In this document: positions 47,299 to 56,869 of the stretch, piece by piece
How positions within the stretch are numbered: the first letter of the stretch is position 1
How the letters are laid out: each line of letters opens with the position of its first letter
Assembly (NCBI GenBank): GCA_947646655.1
Contig: CANSHI010000006.1
Coordinates: forward strand, 2,253 to 66,252
Source of the DNA: an uncultured bacterium
GTDB lineage: Bacteria; Bacillota_I; Bacilli_A; RF39; UBA660
DNA: 64,000 bases
Direction: 5' to 3'
Notes under the pieces: model-generated
Told to the model about the DNA's origin: nothing
What the model saw: the letters and a program-made list of their open reading frames with translations, nothing else
The model's database searches: none
Program-made: the position numbers and the translations under genes

Positions 47299-47354
47299 TC
47301 TTTCTGCTTTTCATTAGTTAAAGGCTCTGGCAAATTAAAAATATCGAAATGCAT
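47238..47354 (-). CDS. Out-of-frame 5' fragment of the same sigma-like gene (38 codons)
   Basis: GAAGGGG RBS, then MHFDIFNLPEPLTNEKQKECFLKFWAGDMNAREMLIMD*. The GDxxAREMLI stretch is the usual sigma region 1.2/2.1 lead-in that the main frame lacks. Confidence 0.6.
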   Translation of the reverse strand: MHFDIFNLPEPLTNEKQKECFLKFWAGDMNAREMLIMD

Positions 47355-47442
47355 AAAATACAGCCCCTTCTTTTTATGGGAAATATAATACCATATCTTC
47401 TAAAAAATTGACATAAAAAATTCACATTATAATAAATTTAAT

Positions 47443-48201
47443 ATGAAGGGAGAGATTGATTTGAAAAAGATTATCAATTATGAGAAGGATATTGAGTTTA
47501 AAACTACTATAGGAGAAATATGCACTATTAGCCTAGAACACGACTTTACAGTAGACGACAGAACATTAAAAGGAGAATTTATAATAGAAGGCGACTATAA
47601 GCCAAATTCATTAAGTTTAAACAAGGAGGCCTTTACATACCGCCTACCACTAGAATACGATTTAGAAGATACATGTGACATCGAATCTTTAAACTATGAT
47701 ATAGACAATTTCGAGTACAATTTAAACGATAACAAACTAGAAGTATATATCGATTTTGGTGTACGCTATGAAGAAAAAACTGTCACACCAACTATTCCTG
47801 TCATTACTGAAGAAGACCTAAATAAAGACTTTGAAACTATCGAGCCTTCTGACCGCTTAGACAGTGTTGATCTAGATATAAACTTAGAAGAAACTATTGA
47901 ACAAAATGACATCAAGCCAATTACGACAGAAATCGATACAGAGTTCACTATCGAAGAAGAAAAGGAAGAAGAAGAGGAAATTCCTAATAGACTTGACGAT
48001 GAAGAACAAGAACTCATTCTAGATTCTACAATCGATGATGAATTTATTACTTATCACGTTCACATTGTGAGAGAAGGGGAAACACTAGAGACTATCGCCA
48101 TGAAATATGGTACTACAATAGACATTATTAAAGAATATAATTCTATCGAAATGCTTGAATTAAAATCTAAACTTATTATACCAGACTGCCAAAATGAATA
48201 G
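47443..48201 (+). CDS. spoVID: SpoVID/SipL-like spore coat morphogenetic protein (N-terminal SPOCS-like region, acidic middle, C-terminal LysM)
   Basis: LysM: YHVHIVREGETLETIAMKYGTTIDIIKEYNSI. Acidic linker. Followed by a ysxE-like gene, as in Bacillus. Alternative TTG start at 47461 after GGGAGAG. Confidence 0.7.
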   Translation: MKGEIDLKKIINYEKDIEFKTTIGEICTISLEHDFTVDDRTLKGEFIIEGDYKPNSLSLNKEAFTYRLPLEYDLEDTCDIESLNYDIDNFEYNLNDNKLEVYIDFGVRYEEKTVTPTIPVITEEDLNKDFETIEPSDRLDSVDLDINLEETIEQNDIKPITTEIDTEFTIEEEKEEEEEIPNRLDDEEQELILDSTIDDEFITYHVHIVREGETLETIAMKYGTTIDIIKEYNSIEMLELKSKLIIPDCQNE

Positions 48202-49087
48202 CTTAGAACTGATAAATAAACTATATAAACCTTATCGTATCACAAAAAAAGGCGTAACAACTATAATCGAATCGATGGACGGTAAATATGTCGTTAAACC
48301 CAAAAATGAAAAAGATGAAAACTCTTTATTCAAATATTTATCACACTGTGGTTTTAACCATTTTCCGACAATAGTTGATGAATCTCGTTCAGATGTTTTA
48401 ATATATAAATACATTGATAATATCGATTATCCCAAAGACCAAAAAGCTATCGACATGATTAAAGTTGTCGCTTCACTTCATTCCAAAACTAGTTACAGGA
48501 GTGAAGTAAGAGAAGATAAGTATAAAGAAATATATAATAATATTAAAAGCAACCTCAATTACAGTAAAGACGAATATAACAAACTAATTTTAGAAATCGA
48601 AGAAAAGATTTTCATGAGTCCAAGTGAATATCTTTTTATAAGAAATTCATCCAAACTCATGAACCAAATCGCTTTTTGTGAGAGCAAACTTGATGAATGG
48701 TATGAATCCGTCAAAGAAAAAAGAGAAACACGAATAAGTGTAATTCATAACAACCTAAGTCTCGACCATTATTTAAAAGGAGAAGACGAAGCACTTATAA
48801 GCTGGGGAAACTCGACAAACGACAGTCCCATTTTAGATATTTACAACTTTTATGAAAAAGAAGCCTTAAATCTCGAATTTTCTAGCATTTTAAAAGAATA
48901 CTTTCGTTATTTTGACTTAGATGAAGATGAAAAAAATTTACTATTCATTCTTCTTTGCCTACCACATAAAATCGATTTTAAAAGTAATGAGTTAGATTCT
49001 TGTATGAATATCGGTAGAACCCTTGACTATGTTTTCAAAACCGAATATTTAGTAAGGCCATATTATGCGATAGATAATGAAGAATAA
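48194..49087 (+). CDS. ysxE: CotS/YsxE-family spore coat kinase-like protein
   Basis: Kinase-like fold hints (VIHNNLSLDHYL). Its position directly after the spoVID-like gene matches the B. subtilis spoVID-ysxE operon. Confidence 0.7.
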   Translation: MNSLELINKLYKPYRITKKGVTTIIESMDGKYVVKPKNEKDENSLFKYLSHCGFNHFPTIVDESRSDVLIYKYIDNIDYPKDQKAIDMIKVVASLHSKTSYRSEVREDKYKEIYNNIKSNLNYSKDEYNKLILEIEEKIFMSPSEYLFIRNSSKLMNQIAFCESKLDEWYESVKEKRETRISVIHNNLSLDHYLKGEDEALISWGNSTNDSPILDIYNFYEKEALNLEFSSILKEYFRYFDLDEDEKNLLFILLCLPHKIDFKSNELDSCMNIGRTLDYVFKTEYLVRPYYAIDNEE

Positions 49088-49255
49088 AAGCATAATTTCG
49101 ATCAACAATATAAAAACATTAAACCTAATAGGTAAAATTAAGACGAGCAATGCTTGCCAAAAAATCATACAAGCGAGTATCAATGCCAATATGATTCCAA
49201 AAAAACCATTAAAGAATCCTCCGCCTTTGTTATTATTACAACAACAATTATTCAT
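49049..49255 (-). CDS. Small Cys/Gly-rich membrane protein (YjcZ-like look)
   Basis: MNNCCCNNNKGGGFFNGFFGIILALILACMIFW..., with GGTGATG upstream. It overlaps the 3' end of the convergent gene by 39 nt. Confidence 0.4.
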   Translation of the reverse strand: MNNCCCNNNKGGGFFNGFFGIILALILACMIFWQALLVLILPIRFNVFILLIEIMLLFFIIYRIIWPY

Positions 49256-49322
49256 AGTACATCACCACTATAATATATGTAACAAATATAAAATTGTCTA
49301 ATTTAAAAATATAGAGATATTA

Positions 49323-49354
49323 AGTGTAAACCGTGTCGAGTTTACACTTTTTTT
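49323..49354 (+). terminator. Hairpin plus T-run
   Basis: AGTGTAAAC / GTTTACACT 9-bp stem followed by a T-run. Confidence 0.6.
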
Positions 49355-49456
49355 GTCAAAAATAGTCGCAAATTTTTATTTTTTGCAATTTTTTTAAATT
49401 TTTCATGAGAAAAAAAACAACTTTCCGTAATAATAATATATTAGAGGGTGTTTTTT

Positions 49457-51226
49457 ATGAATGACAAAACTAAAAGTGATTTTCAAATAATTCAAAGTCA
49501 TGCTAATATAGTCGAAATCGTAAAATCTTACGTTCCTCTAGAAAGTCATGGTAAAAACTATTTCGGTGTATGCCCATTCCATGACGATCATAGTCCATCG
49601 ATGAGTGTTAGCCCTGATAAGCAAATATATAAATGCTTCGTATGTGGCGCAACAGGCAACGTATTCAACTTTGTTGAAAACTTTTTAGGAGTATCTTTCC
49701 TAGAAGCTGTCAAAATCGTGGCCGATAAAGTAGGAATAGGTTTCACTGTTCAAGAAAATAAAGAAGATTTAAAAAACAAAAAATATTATGACATCATGAA
49801 CTTAGCCACATTATTTTATGAAAATAATCTTCGTACAAACTTAGGCGCTGAGGCAAGAGAATACTTACACAAAAGAGGAATAACCGACGAAATAATAAAA
49901 GATTTTAGTATTGGTTTATCATTGAAAGAAAATAAAGCCCTGTATACTTTAATGCAAAACAAAAAAATAAAAAAAGAAGATCTCGATGCTTTAGGGCTCA
50001 TCGCCGAGGGAGAAACAGGCGTATATGACTTATTTAGAAATCGCATAATCTTTCCCCTAAAAAGTCCTACTGGTAAACCGAACGGTTTTTCGGGACGTAT
50101 TTATAACAGTGATTCGAACAGCAAATATATAAATACAAAAGAGACGATTATTTTTAAGAAAAGAGAAAATCTTTATAACTATCACCTCGCAGCACCAGTC
50201 GCTAGACAAGAAAAACAAATTATAATTTGTGAAGGCTTTATGGATGCCATACGTATATATGCGAGTGGTATTAAAAATGTAGTCGCCACCATGGGTACAG
50301 CACTAGCAAAAGAACAAATTGCATTGCTAAAAAAACTAAACGTCAAAGTTATAATAGTAATGGATAACGATAATGCGGGTGAACTTGCAACCATTTCTCT
50401 AGGCGAAAGCCTATTAAAAGAAAACATCGACACAGGAATAGTACGTTTAACTGGTAAGAAAGACCCCGATGAATACATTTTAACATATGGTATAGAAGCA
50501 TTTAAAGACAACATAAAAAATCCCATGTCTTACTTAGAGTTTATGAACATTACTTTAAGAAAAGACAAAAATCTTAAAAATCCGACAGAGCTTACAACTT
50601 TTATTAATGAGATGATCGCTTGTTTAAGTTCTGCAACCGATGAACTTCTTATCGAAACTTCCATTAACAAATTAGTAGAAGAATTTCATCTCGATAAAGA
50701 ACTTTTAAAAAGCCGCCTATTGAGTAAAGAATTGTTGACAAACATCAAAGTAGAAGAAACATCTCCCAAAGAAAACACTACCAAAACTGCCAAAACCAAC
50801 AATAAATTTACTAGGGCATTTAAAACTATGCTATATTACATGATGAATGATACTGACTGTATGAGATTATTTTTACACTATCAATTGAATTTGCCAAAAT
50901 GTAAATATAGACTTGTTTCTAATAATTTGATATACTACTTTGAGTTGAAACGGGAAATCGACTTTGCTGACTATCTAACCTTCTCTGAAGAATACCCTGA
51001 AGTAAACGAAGTAGTAAGAGAAATAATTAGAGATGTCCACATCAGTGAGTTCACACCAGAAGATGCAGAAGCTGTATTACTAGTAATAAAAGATATACTA
51101 GATAAACAAAAAATAGAAGAGCTAAAAAAAGAGATGTCTAAAGAATTAGACGTCAACCGAAAAAAGAAATTATTTGAAAGTATTATTGAAATAAAAAAAG
51201 GATGTGTAAAAAATGATAGAGATTAA
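49457..51226 (+). CDS. dnaG: DNA primase
   Basis: Zinc finger [35 protein letters not shown] plus a TOPRIM region. ATG 49457. Confidence 0.93.
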   Translation: MNDKTKSDFQIIQSHANIVEIVKSYVPLESHGKNYFGVCPFHDDHSPSMSVSPDKQIYKCFVCGATGNVFNFVENFLGVSFLEAVKIVADKVGIGFTVQENKEDLKNKKYYDIMNLATLFYENNLRTNLGAEAREYLHKRGITDEIIKDFSIGLSLKENKALYTLMQNKKIKKEDLDALGLIAEGETGVYDLFRNRIIFPLKSPTGKPNGFSGRIYNSDSNSKYINTKETIIFKKRENLYNYHLAAPVARQEKQIIICEGFMDAIRIYASGIKNVVATMGTALAKEQIALLKKLNVKVIIVMDNDNAGELATISLGESLLKENIDTGIVRLTGKKDPDEYILTYGIEAFKDNIKNPMSYLEFMNITLRKDKNLKNPTELTTFINEMIACLSSATDELLIETSINKLVEEFHLDKELLKSRLLSKELLTNIKVEETSPKENTTKTAKTNNKFTRAFKTMLYYMMNDTDCMRLFLHYQLNLPKCKYRLVSNNLIYYFELKREIDFADYLTFSEEYPEVNEVVREIIRDVHISEFTPEDAEAVLLVIKDILDKQKIEELKKEMSKELDVNRKKKLFESIIEIKKGCVKNDRD

Positions 51227-52310
51227 AACTTTAGAAGACAGAATACAAGATCTATTAAAATTAGGAAAAAAAGATGGTGTTATAACTTTTGAACAATTAG
51301 CCGATTCTCTAAAAGGACTAGATATCGACAACGATTCACTAGATAACTTATATAATATTTTAGTAGAAAATAATATAGCAGTCGTTTCTAGTACAGAAGA
51401 TAAAAATGGCGAAGATGATGATGAAGATGGTGGCAATGTCCTCATCTTATCTGATGAAGATATCACTAAAGATATGAACATCAATGATCCCGTCAGAATG
51501 TATTTAAAAGAGATTGGACGTATAAGCTTATTAAGTCCCGAAGAAGAGATGAACTTGAGTGTTCGTGTATCAGAAGAAGACGAAGATGCAAAAAAAATAC
51601 TAGCAGAATCGAACCTTCGTCTTGTCGTATCGATCGCTAAAAGGTATGTTGGACGTGGTTTATTATTCCTAGACTTGATCCAAGAAGGAAACATTGGACT
51701 TATGAAAGCTGTAGAAAAGTTTGACTACGATAAAGGATTTAAATTTTCTACATACGCTACATGGTGGATAAGACAAGCCATCACAAGAGCCTTAGCGGAT
51801 CAGGCAAGAACTATCAGAGTACCTGTTCACATGGTAGAAACTATTAATAAAATGGCTCGTATCCAAAGACAATTGACACTCGAATTAAATCGTGAACCGA
51901 CAGAAGAAGAACTTTCTAAAAAGATGGGTATATCTGTCGAAAAAGTTCGAGAAGTTATGAAAATAAGTCAAGATCCAGTCAGTTTAGACACTCCGATCGG
52001 TGAAGAAGAAGACTCCCATTTTGGAGATTTCGTACCTGATAAATCTAACATGTCCCCTGAAGAATATGCCACAAATGAAATACTAAAAGAACAAATAAAA
52101 GATGTCTTAAAAACACTGCAAAAACGCGAACAAGAAGTTTTAGAATTGAGATTCGGCCTTTTAGATGGAACATGCTATACACTTGAAGAAGTAGGAAAAA
52201 GATTTAATGTTACGAGAGAACGCATTAGACAAATAGAAGCAAAAGCATTAAGAAAACTACGTCATCCATCACGTGCTAAAAAGTTAAAAGATTTCCTAGG
52301 TGATGAATAA
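51213..52310 (+). CDS. sigA: Primary RNA polymerase sigma factor
   Basis: [82 protein letters not shown]. Confidence 0.96.
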   Translation: MIEIKTLEDRIQDLLKLGKKDGVITFEQLADSLKGLDIDNDSLDNLYNILVENNIAVVSSTEDKNGEDDDEDGGNVLILSDEDITKDMNINDPVRMYLKEIGRISLLSPEEEMNLSVRVSEEDEDAKKILAESNLRLVVSIAKRYVGRGLLFLDLIQEGNIGLMKAVEKFDYDKGFKFSTYATWWIRQAITRALADQARTIRVPVHMVETINKMARIQRQLTLELNREPTEEELSKKMGISVEKVREVMKISQDPVSLDTPIGEEEDSHFGDFVPDKSNMSPEEYATNEILKEQIKDVLKTLQKREQEVLELRFGLLDGTCYTLEEVGKRFNVTRERIRQIEAKALRKLRHPSRAKKLKDFLGDE

Positions 52311-52975
52311 TGATTAAAATAAAAAAAAGACTAGAAAGCTTAGTGAAATATGTCGAACCATACGATAAAATAATGGATGTCGGTTGTGATCATGCTCTAC
52401 TAGACATTTATTTAATCCAAAGTGGTCTTATAAATAATATATATGTCGGTGATGTCAATCCCAATGCTTTAGAAAATGGAAAACAAAATATCGAAAAGTA
52501 CGAACTAGAAAGCCAAATAACACCTATTCTAAGTTTCGGAATCGAAAAAATTTCCGATATAGATGTCGACACTTTAATAATTTCGGGAATGGGATCAAAA
52601 ACTATTATCGAAATACTTAGTAGTCCCAACTTGAACAAAATTTACAAGCTGATCTTACAGTCCAATAACAACCATTACGAACTCCGCAAATTTCTTATGC
52701 AAAATCAATTTATAATCATAGATGAAGAAGTTATAGAAGACGGTAAGAAAACTTATATAAACATCATCGCAGTCAAAAACGATCAAAAGTTACAATACGA
52801 AGAAGAGCAACTAGAATTTGGACCAATTTTAACAACTAAAATCCAAAACTTAGACTACTTCCATGCTCTTCATGACTCCTACATAACTTTAGCGGCTCAT
52901 TCAAAAAGTGAAGAATTTAGAGAAAAAATTCGCATGTTAGAAAAAATCATTGCAGAATTAACTAAAAACTTGTAA
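52310..52975 (+). CDS. trmK: tRNA (adenine22-N1)-methyltransferase TrmK-like
   Basis: MDVGCDHALLDIYL SAM-binding start. Size and position next to sigA fit. Confidence 0.78.
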   Translation: MIKIKKRLESLVKYVEPYDKIMDVGCDHALLDIYLIQSGLINNIYVGDVNPNALENGKQNIEKYELESQITPILSFGIEKISDIDVDTLIISGMGSKTIIEILSSPNLNKIYKLILQSNNNHYELRKFLMQNQFIIIDEEVIEDGKKTYINIIAVKNDQKLQYEEEQLEFGPILTTKIQNLDYFHALHDSYITLAAHSKSEEFREKIRMLEKIIAELTKNL

Positions 52976-53023
52976 GAAAAAATAAAATAGTATATAATAC
53001 GATTATGAAAGAAGGAATTACAC

Positions 53024-54268
53024 ATGAAAAACGAACATACCGTTACAGTAACATTAGAAAAAGAAGAATGGTCTTCTATTCTAGATAAAACATTTAAAAA
53101 CAAAAACAGCCAAGTTAAAATCGATGGTTTTAGAAAGGGTAAAGCTTCTAAAGAAATATTTTTAAAAAACTTTGGAATAGAATACTTATATCCTGATGCT
53201 ATCGATGAAGCACTACCAAAAGCATACGAAAAAGCTATGATGGAAAGCAAACTAGTACCAGCATGTAAGCCATCTGTAGATGTTAAAAATATCGATGAAT
53301 CTCATGTAGAATTTGAATTTAAAATCATCACAAAACCAGAAGTAAAAGTATCTAGTTATAAAAAGTTAGGTATCAAACGCGAAGAGGCAAAAGTTACTAA
53401 AGAAGAAATTCAAGCAGAAATCGAAGGAATTAGAAATAGAATGGCTGAAATAGTTGAAAAAACTACAGGTGAAATCGTTAAAGGTGACACAGCTGTAATC
53501 GACTTCGAAGGATTTGTAGATGGAAAAGCTTTCGAAGGTGGAAAAGGAACAGATTATCCACTTGAAATCGGATCAAATACTTTTATTCCAGGTTTCGAAG
53601 ATCAATTAATCGGTCTTAAAAAAGACGAATCTAAAGACATTTCAGTAAAATTTCCTGAAGATTATGTTGCAGATTTAAAAGGAAAAGATGCTACGTTTAA
53701 AGTTACAGTTAAAAATATTAAAACTCGCATTTTACCTGAACTTAACGAAGAATTTTTTAAAGATTTAGGACATGATGACGTTAAAACAGTAAAAGAATTT
53801 GAAGAAAAAACAAAAGAACATCTACTAGAACATAAAAAAGAAGATGCTGAAAATAAATACATCGATGCTTTGCTTGAAGCTGGTGTATCTAAAATGACTG
53901 TCGAAGTGAATGACGAGATAGTTGATGAAGAAGTTGAAAGAATGATCGAAGACTTAAAAAATCGTCTACAAATGCAAGGAATTCCTTTCGAATCATATCT
54001 TCAATTTACAGGCTCTAATCTCGAAGAATTTAAAAATCAATCTAAACCAGTCGCACTTAACAGAATAAAATCTAGATATTTAATCGATTATATTATCGAA
54101 AAAGAAGGATTAAAAACTACTGATAAAGAAGCAGAAAAACATGCTGAAGAACAAGCTAAAAAATACGGAATCGAAAAAAGTGAACTTATCGAATCTTATG
54201 GTGGCTTAGAAGTTGTTAAATATGACCTTCTAGTACATAAAGCTATAGAAGTATTAGAAAATAATTAA
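53024..54268 (+). CDS. tig: Trigger factor
   Basis: IDGFRKGKASKEIF, a central FKBP-like region (VIDFEGFVDGKAFEGGKG) and a C-terminal helical arm. Confidence 0.92.
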   Translation: MKNEHTVTVTLEKEEWSSILDKTFKNKNSQVKIDGFRKGKASKEIFLKNFGIEYLYPDAIDEALPKAYEKAMMESKLVPACKPSVDVKNIDESHVEFEFKIITKPEVKVSSYKKLGIKREEAKVTKEEIQAEIEGIRNRMAEIVEKTTGEIVKGDTAVIDFEGFVDGKAFEGGKGTDYPLEIGSNTFIPGFEDQLIGLKKDESKDISVKFPEDYVADLKGKDATFKVTVKNIKTRILPELNEEFFKDLGHDDVKTVKEFEEKTKEHLLEHKKEDAENKYIDALLEAGVSKMTVEVNDEIVDEEVERMIEDLKNRLQMQGIPFESYLQFTGSNLEEFKNQSKPVALNRIKSRYLIDYIIEKEGLKTTDKEAEKHAEEQAKKYGIEKSELIESYGGLEVVKYDLLVHKAIEVLENN

Positions 54269-54290
54269 GGGAAATCCCTTTTTTATTTTT
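54267..54290 (+). terminator. Rho-independent terminator after tig
   Basis: AAGGG AAAT CCCTT hairpin followed by a T-run. Confidence 0.6.
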
Positions 54291-54382
54291 TATAGAAATG
54301 AAATTTTTGGCATTTTTTCGAAAATTCTTGAAATACTTTTCGATCTATTATATAATTCTAATTAAGATAGGTGATTAAGTAA

Positions 54383-54739
54383 ATGGATAAAAATAGAGAA
54401 GTACTACGTCATTGCCCACATTTTTATACGATAATCAACTTCGAATACTACAGTGACGATTTTATATCAGAAAAGCTTATAAACGTATACGAAAAATACA
54501 TTTTTAATACAAATATCGATATAGAAGAAAATGCTGCCAAAGTAGAAAAACTGGACGAAGTGTTATTCAAATATATCAATGACTATACATTCAGAAATCA
54601 AATAAAAAAAGATATCGTCAACATCAAAGTTACTCGTGGTGAAAATCTATTAGATACAATTGTAAATACGATTATTAACTTATTTGAAAAATACGAAAAA
54701 TTGCTGACAAGAAAAGTGCCTATGACGAGGTGGATTTAA
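54383..54739 (+). CDS. Hypothetical cytoplasmic protein
   Basis: 118-aa ORF with a start adjacent to the next gene. No motif recognised. Confidence 0.5.
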   Translation: MDKNREVLRHCPHFYTIINFEYYSDDFISEKLINVYEKYIFNTNIDIEENAAKVEKLDEVLFKYINDYTFRNQIKKDIVNIKVTRGENLLDTIVNTIINLFEKYEKLLTRKVPMTRWI

Positions 54740-54740
54740 T

Positions 54741-55652
54741 ATGGATGAAGATTTTCTTGACGTTACTGAAAATAGTAAAAAAGTTTGGATATTTTTCATC
54801 TTCATCGTAGTACTTATAGTAATCCTCGGTTATTTTTTAATTTTTAGAAAGTTCAATTTTGGTGCTAAAACGATTCAACTAGAGTATGGCAGTACTCTAA
54901 GCGAAAATGTAGAGGATTATCTTACCAAAAAAGTTGTCAATCCTAAAGATTACAAATTAAATACTTCTAATGTAAATCCAAACGAAATAGGAACTTATAC
55001 TTACACAATAACTTATAATAATATAACCAAAAAAGGCACAGTAAATGTCGAAGATACTACACCTCCAGATTTCACCTTACAAGAATTTATCGTCGAAGAG
55101 GGTAGTGAAACCTATTATCTAGGTGATTTTCTAGCAACTTGCGAAGATGTGTCCAAGCCTTGCTTAGTGTCATTAAAAAATGAAAAAGATGAATCTCTAT
55201 TTAACAAAGTAGGAACTCACACCATCGATATAGTCGTAACCGATTTATATGGAAACAAAAAAGAAGGCCAAGCCACTTTAAAAGTTGTTGAAAAAGGTTC
55301 TTATGTTAACCCCAAAACTACTGATCTTGAAATAGCTTCTAATTCAAGAGAAGATTCCTCTTTTAAAGGTACAGTATATAAGAAACTCGAAAAGGCACTC
55401 GAACCCAACAGTGATGCAGCAGATGATGTGATGAGCGAGATAAGTGCTATAGATTTAGAACAATATATCATGACAAATTATGCAGGCTATCGCTTAGTAT
55501 CTTCAGAAATTATTGAATTGTATAACAAAAGTTCTTATGTCGTCGGCTATTCGATAGAAGCCACTATTTCTAATGGAACCGAAAAAGTTATATACATAGA
55601 AGAGTCTAAAGTGCCATCTAACGAGACAACGGATCAGACCAGTGAAGAATAG
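54741..55652 (+). CDS. N-terminally anchored extracytoplasmic protein with an Ig-like domain
   Basis: TM helix VWIFFIFIVVLIVILGYFLIF. TTPPDFTLQEF ... GTHTIDIVVTDLYGNKKEGQATLKV resembles bacterial Ig-like domains. Confidence 0.68.
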   Translation: MDEDFLDVTENSKKVWIFFIFIVVLIVILGYFLIFRKFNFGAKTIQLEYGSTLSENVEDYLTKKVVNPKDYKLNTSNVNPNEIGTYTYTITYNNITKKGTVNVEDTTPPDFTLQEFIVEEGSETYYLGDFLATCEDVSKPCLVSLKNEKDESLFNKVGTHTIDIVVTDLYGNKKEGQATLKVVEKGSYVNPKTTDLEIASNSREDSSFKGTVYKKLEKALEPNSDAADDVMSEISAIDLEQYIMTNYAGYRLVSSEIIELYNKSSYVVGYSIEATISNGTEKVIYIEESKVPSNETTDQTSEE

Positions 55653-55736
55653 TTTATGACAAACTGTTCTTTTATTATTTTATTTTTTTAAAACTTGTGG
55701 TAAAATAAAAATATAAAAAGAATAGGTGGTTAACTT

Positions 55737-56744
55737 ATGCTAAACATAAATTTTCTAATTTTACTTAACTTCTTGAATTTGAATAATCCTACACAAACTT
55801 TTGAAACTACTAAAATCGAGTACAAAGCACCTGCTAAAGCAGCTTCTAGTAACAATTTTCTTTCTACAGTTGAATTTAAAGATATCAGCTTTAAGTTTGA
55901 TAAAGAAAATACTAAATATACGATAGAAGTTCCCTATTCGAAAGACAAATTAGACTTAACTTATACCCAAGAGGACAAAACTTCAATTGTAGAAGTAGTA
56001 GGCGATGACGTTTTACAGGTCGGTAATAATTCATTAGCCATTTTAGTAACCGCAGAAGACGGTTCGCTGAGAGAGTATGACTTCTCAATAATTAGAAGTG
56101 AAGATAACACGATAGTGCAAAGTGATCCAAATTCTATTAAAGACGTTCTTACGAGCAGTGATTCTAAAAAGCTTACAGTAAACATGAGTACTGACAATTT
56201 ACTTTTGGATAGCAAAACCATCGACACTTTAAAGGAAAGCAAAAAAACTCTTGTATTCAGATGGGCTGATTACAATAACAAATTCCTTTCATCTCTAAGT
56301 ATAGATGGATCTAAGATAGAAAGTAGTAGCGAAATAATTCCTAAAATTAAAAACACTATTTCTAATAATAAGCTAAAAGATTATTTAAAAGACATCGAAT
56401 ATACATCACTTAGCACTAAAAACACTAATATTCCTAATAACAGTATTTATAAAATGGCAGTTACAACTACAGAAGACTTATACTATTTATTTTACTATGA
56501 AGATGATCTATTAATTCAAAAGCCTTTAAGAGTAATCGATAATGCGATAGAATTTGAAATCCAAGATGGCATCGATTATGCAATTACTACTAAAAGTAAT
56601 AAACCGAAAAGCAAAGAGTCATCAATCGGAGGAACCCATTGGCTTTGGATTTCTGTCTTCATAACAGTATTATTTATCGTTTTCTTTGCTATAACAAAAT
56701 ATACTGCTTTAAAATACGTTCAGCATAGCCACCATAAAGACTAA
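55737..56744 (+). CDS. Cadherin-like beta-sandwich domain protein with a C-terminal TM anchor
   Basis: NNFLSTVEFKDISFKFDKENTKYTIEV ... LAILVTAEDGSLREYDFSIIR. C-terminal TM helix LWISVFITVLFIVFFAI. AGGTGG RBS. Confidence 0.72.
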   Translation: MLNINFLILLNFLNLNNPTQTFETTKIEYKAPAKAASSNNFLSTVEFKDISFKFDKENTKYTIEVPYSKDKLDLTYTQEDKTSIVEVVGDDVLQVGNNSLAILVTAEDGSLREYDFSIIRSEDNTIVQSDPNSIKDVLTSSDSKKLTVNMSTDNLLLDSKTIDTLKESKKTLVFRWADYNNKFLSSLSIDGSKIESSSEIIPKIKNTISNNKLKDYLKDIEYTSLSTKNTNIPNNSIYKMAVTTTEDLYYLFYYEDDLLIQKPLRVIDNAIEFEIQDGIDYAITTKSNKPKSKESSIGGTHWLWISVFITVLFIVFFAITKYTALKYVQHSHHKD

Positions 56745-56810
56745 AAATAAAAGTAAAATATAATAAATGTTAAAAATCAACAATAATTGACATTGTTTTG
56801 ACTAATACGT

Positions 56811-56839
56811 TTGACATTTATATTAAATTAGTTTAAAAT
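56811..56839 (+). promoter_or_regulatory. SigmaA-type promoter candidate
   Basis: TTGACA, 17-nt spacer, TAAAAT. Confidence 0.5.
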
Positions 56840-56869
56840 TAAGTTATAAAAAGAAAGAGAGAGATATTT

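Noticed and set aside
49077-49301. 74-aa plus-strand ORF (MKNKSIISINNIKT...)
   Set aside because: It is a K/N/Q/L-rich mirror of the hydrophobic minus-strand ORF 49049..49255. It looks like a shadow frame, though neither ORF is certain.
51170-51694. 174-aa minus-strand ORF across the dnaG/sigA junction
   Set aside because: It lies antisense to two essential, clearly identified genes, and its translation is a serine-rich shadow.
52897-53250. 117-aa minus-strand ORF spanning the trmK-tig intergenic region
   Set aside because: It overlaps the 3' end of trmK and the 5' end of tig in antisense, with no RBS or motif.
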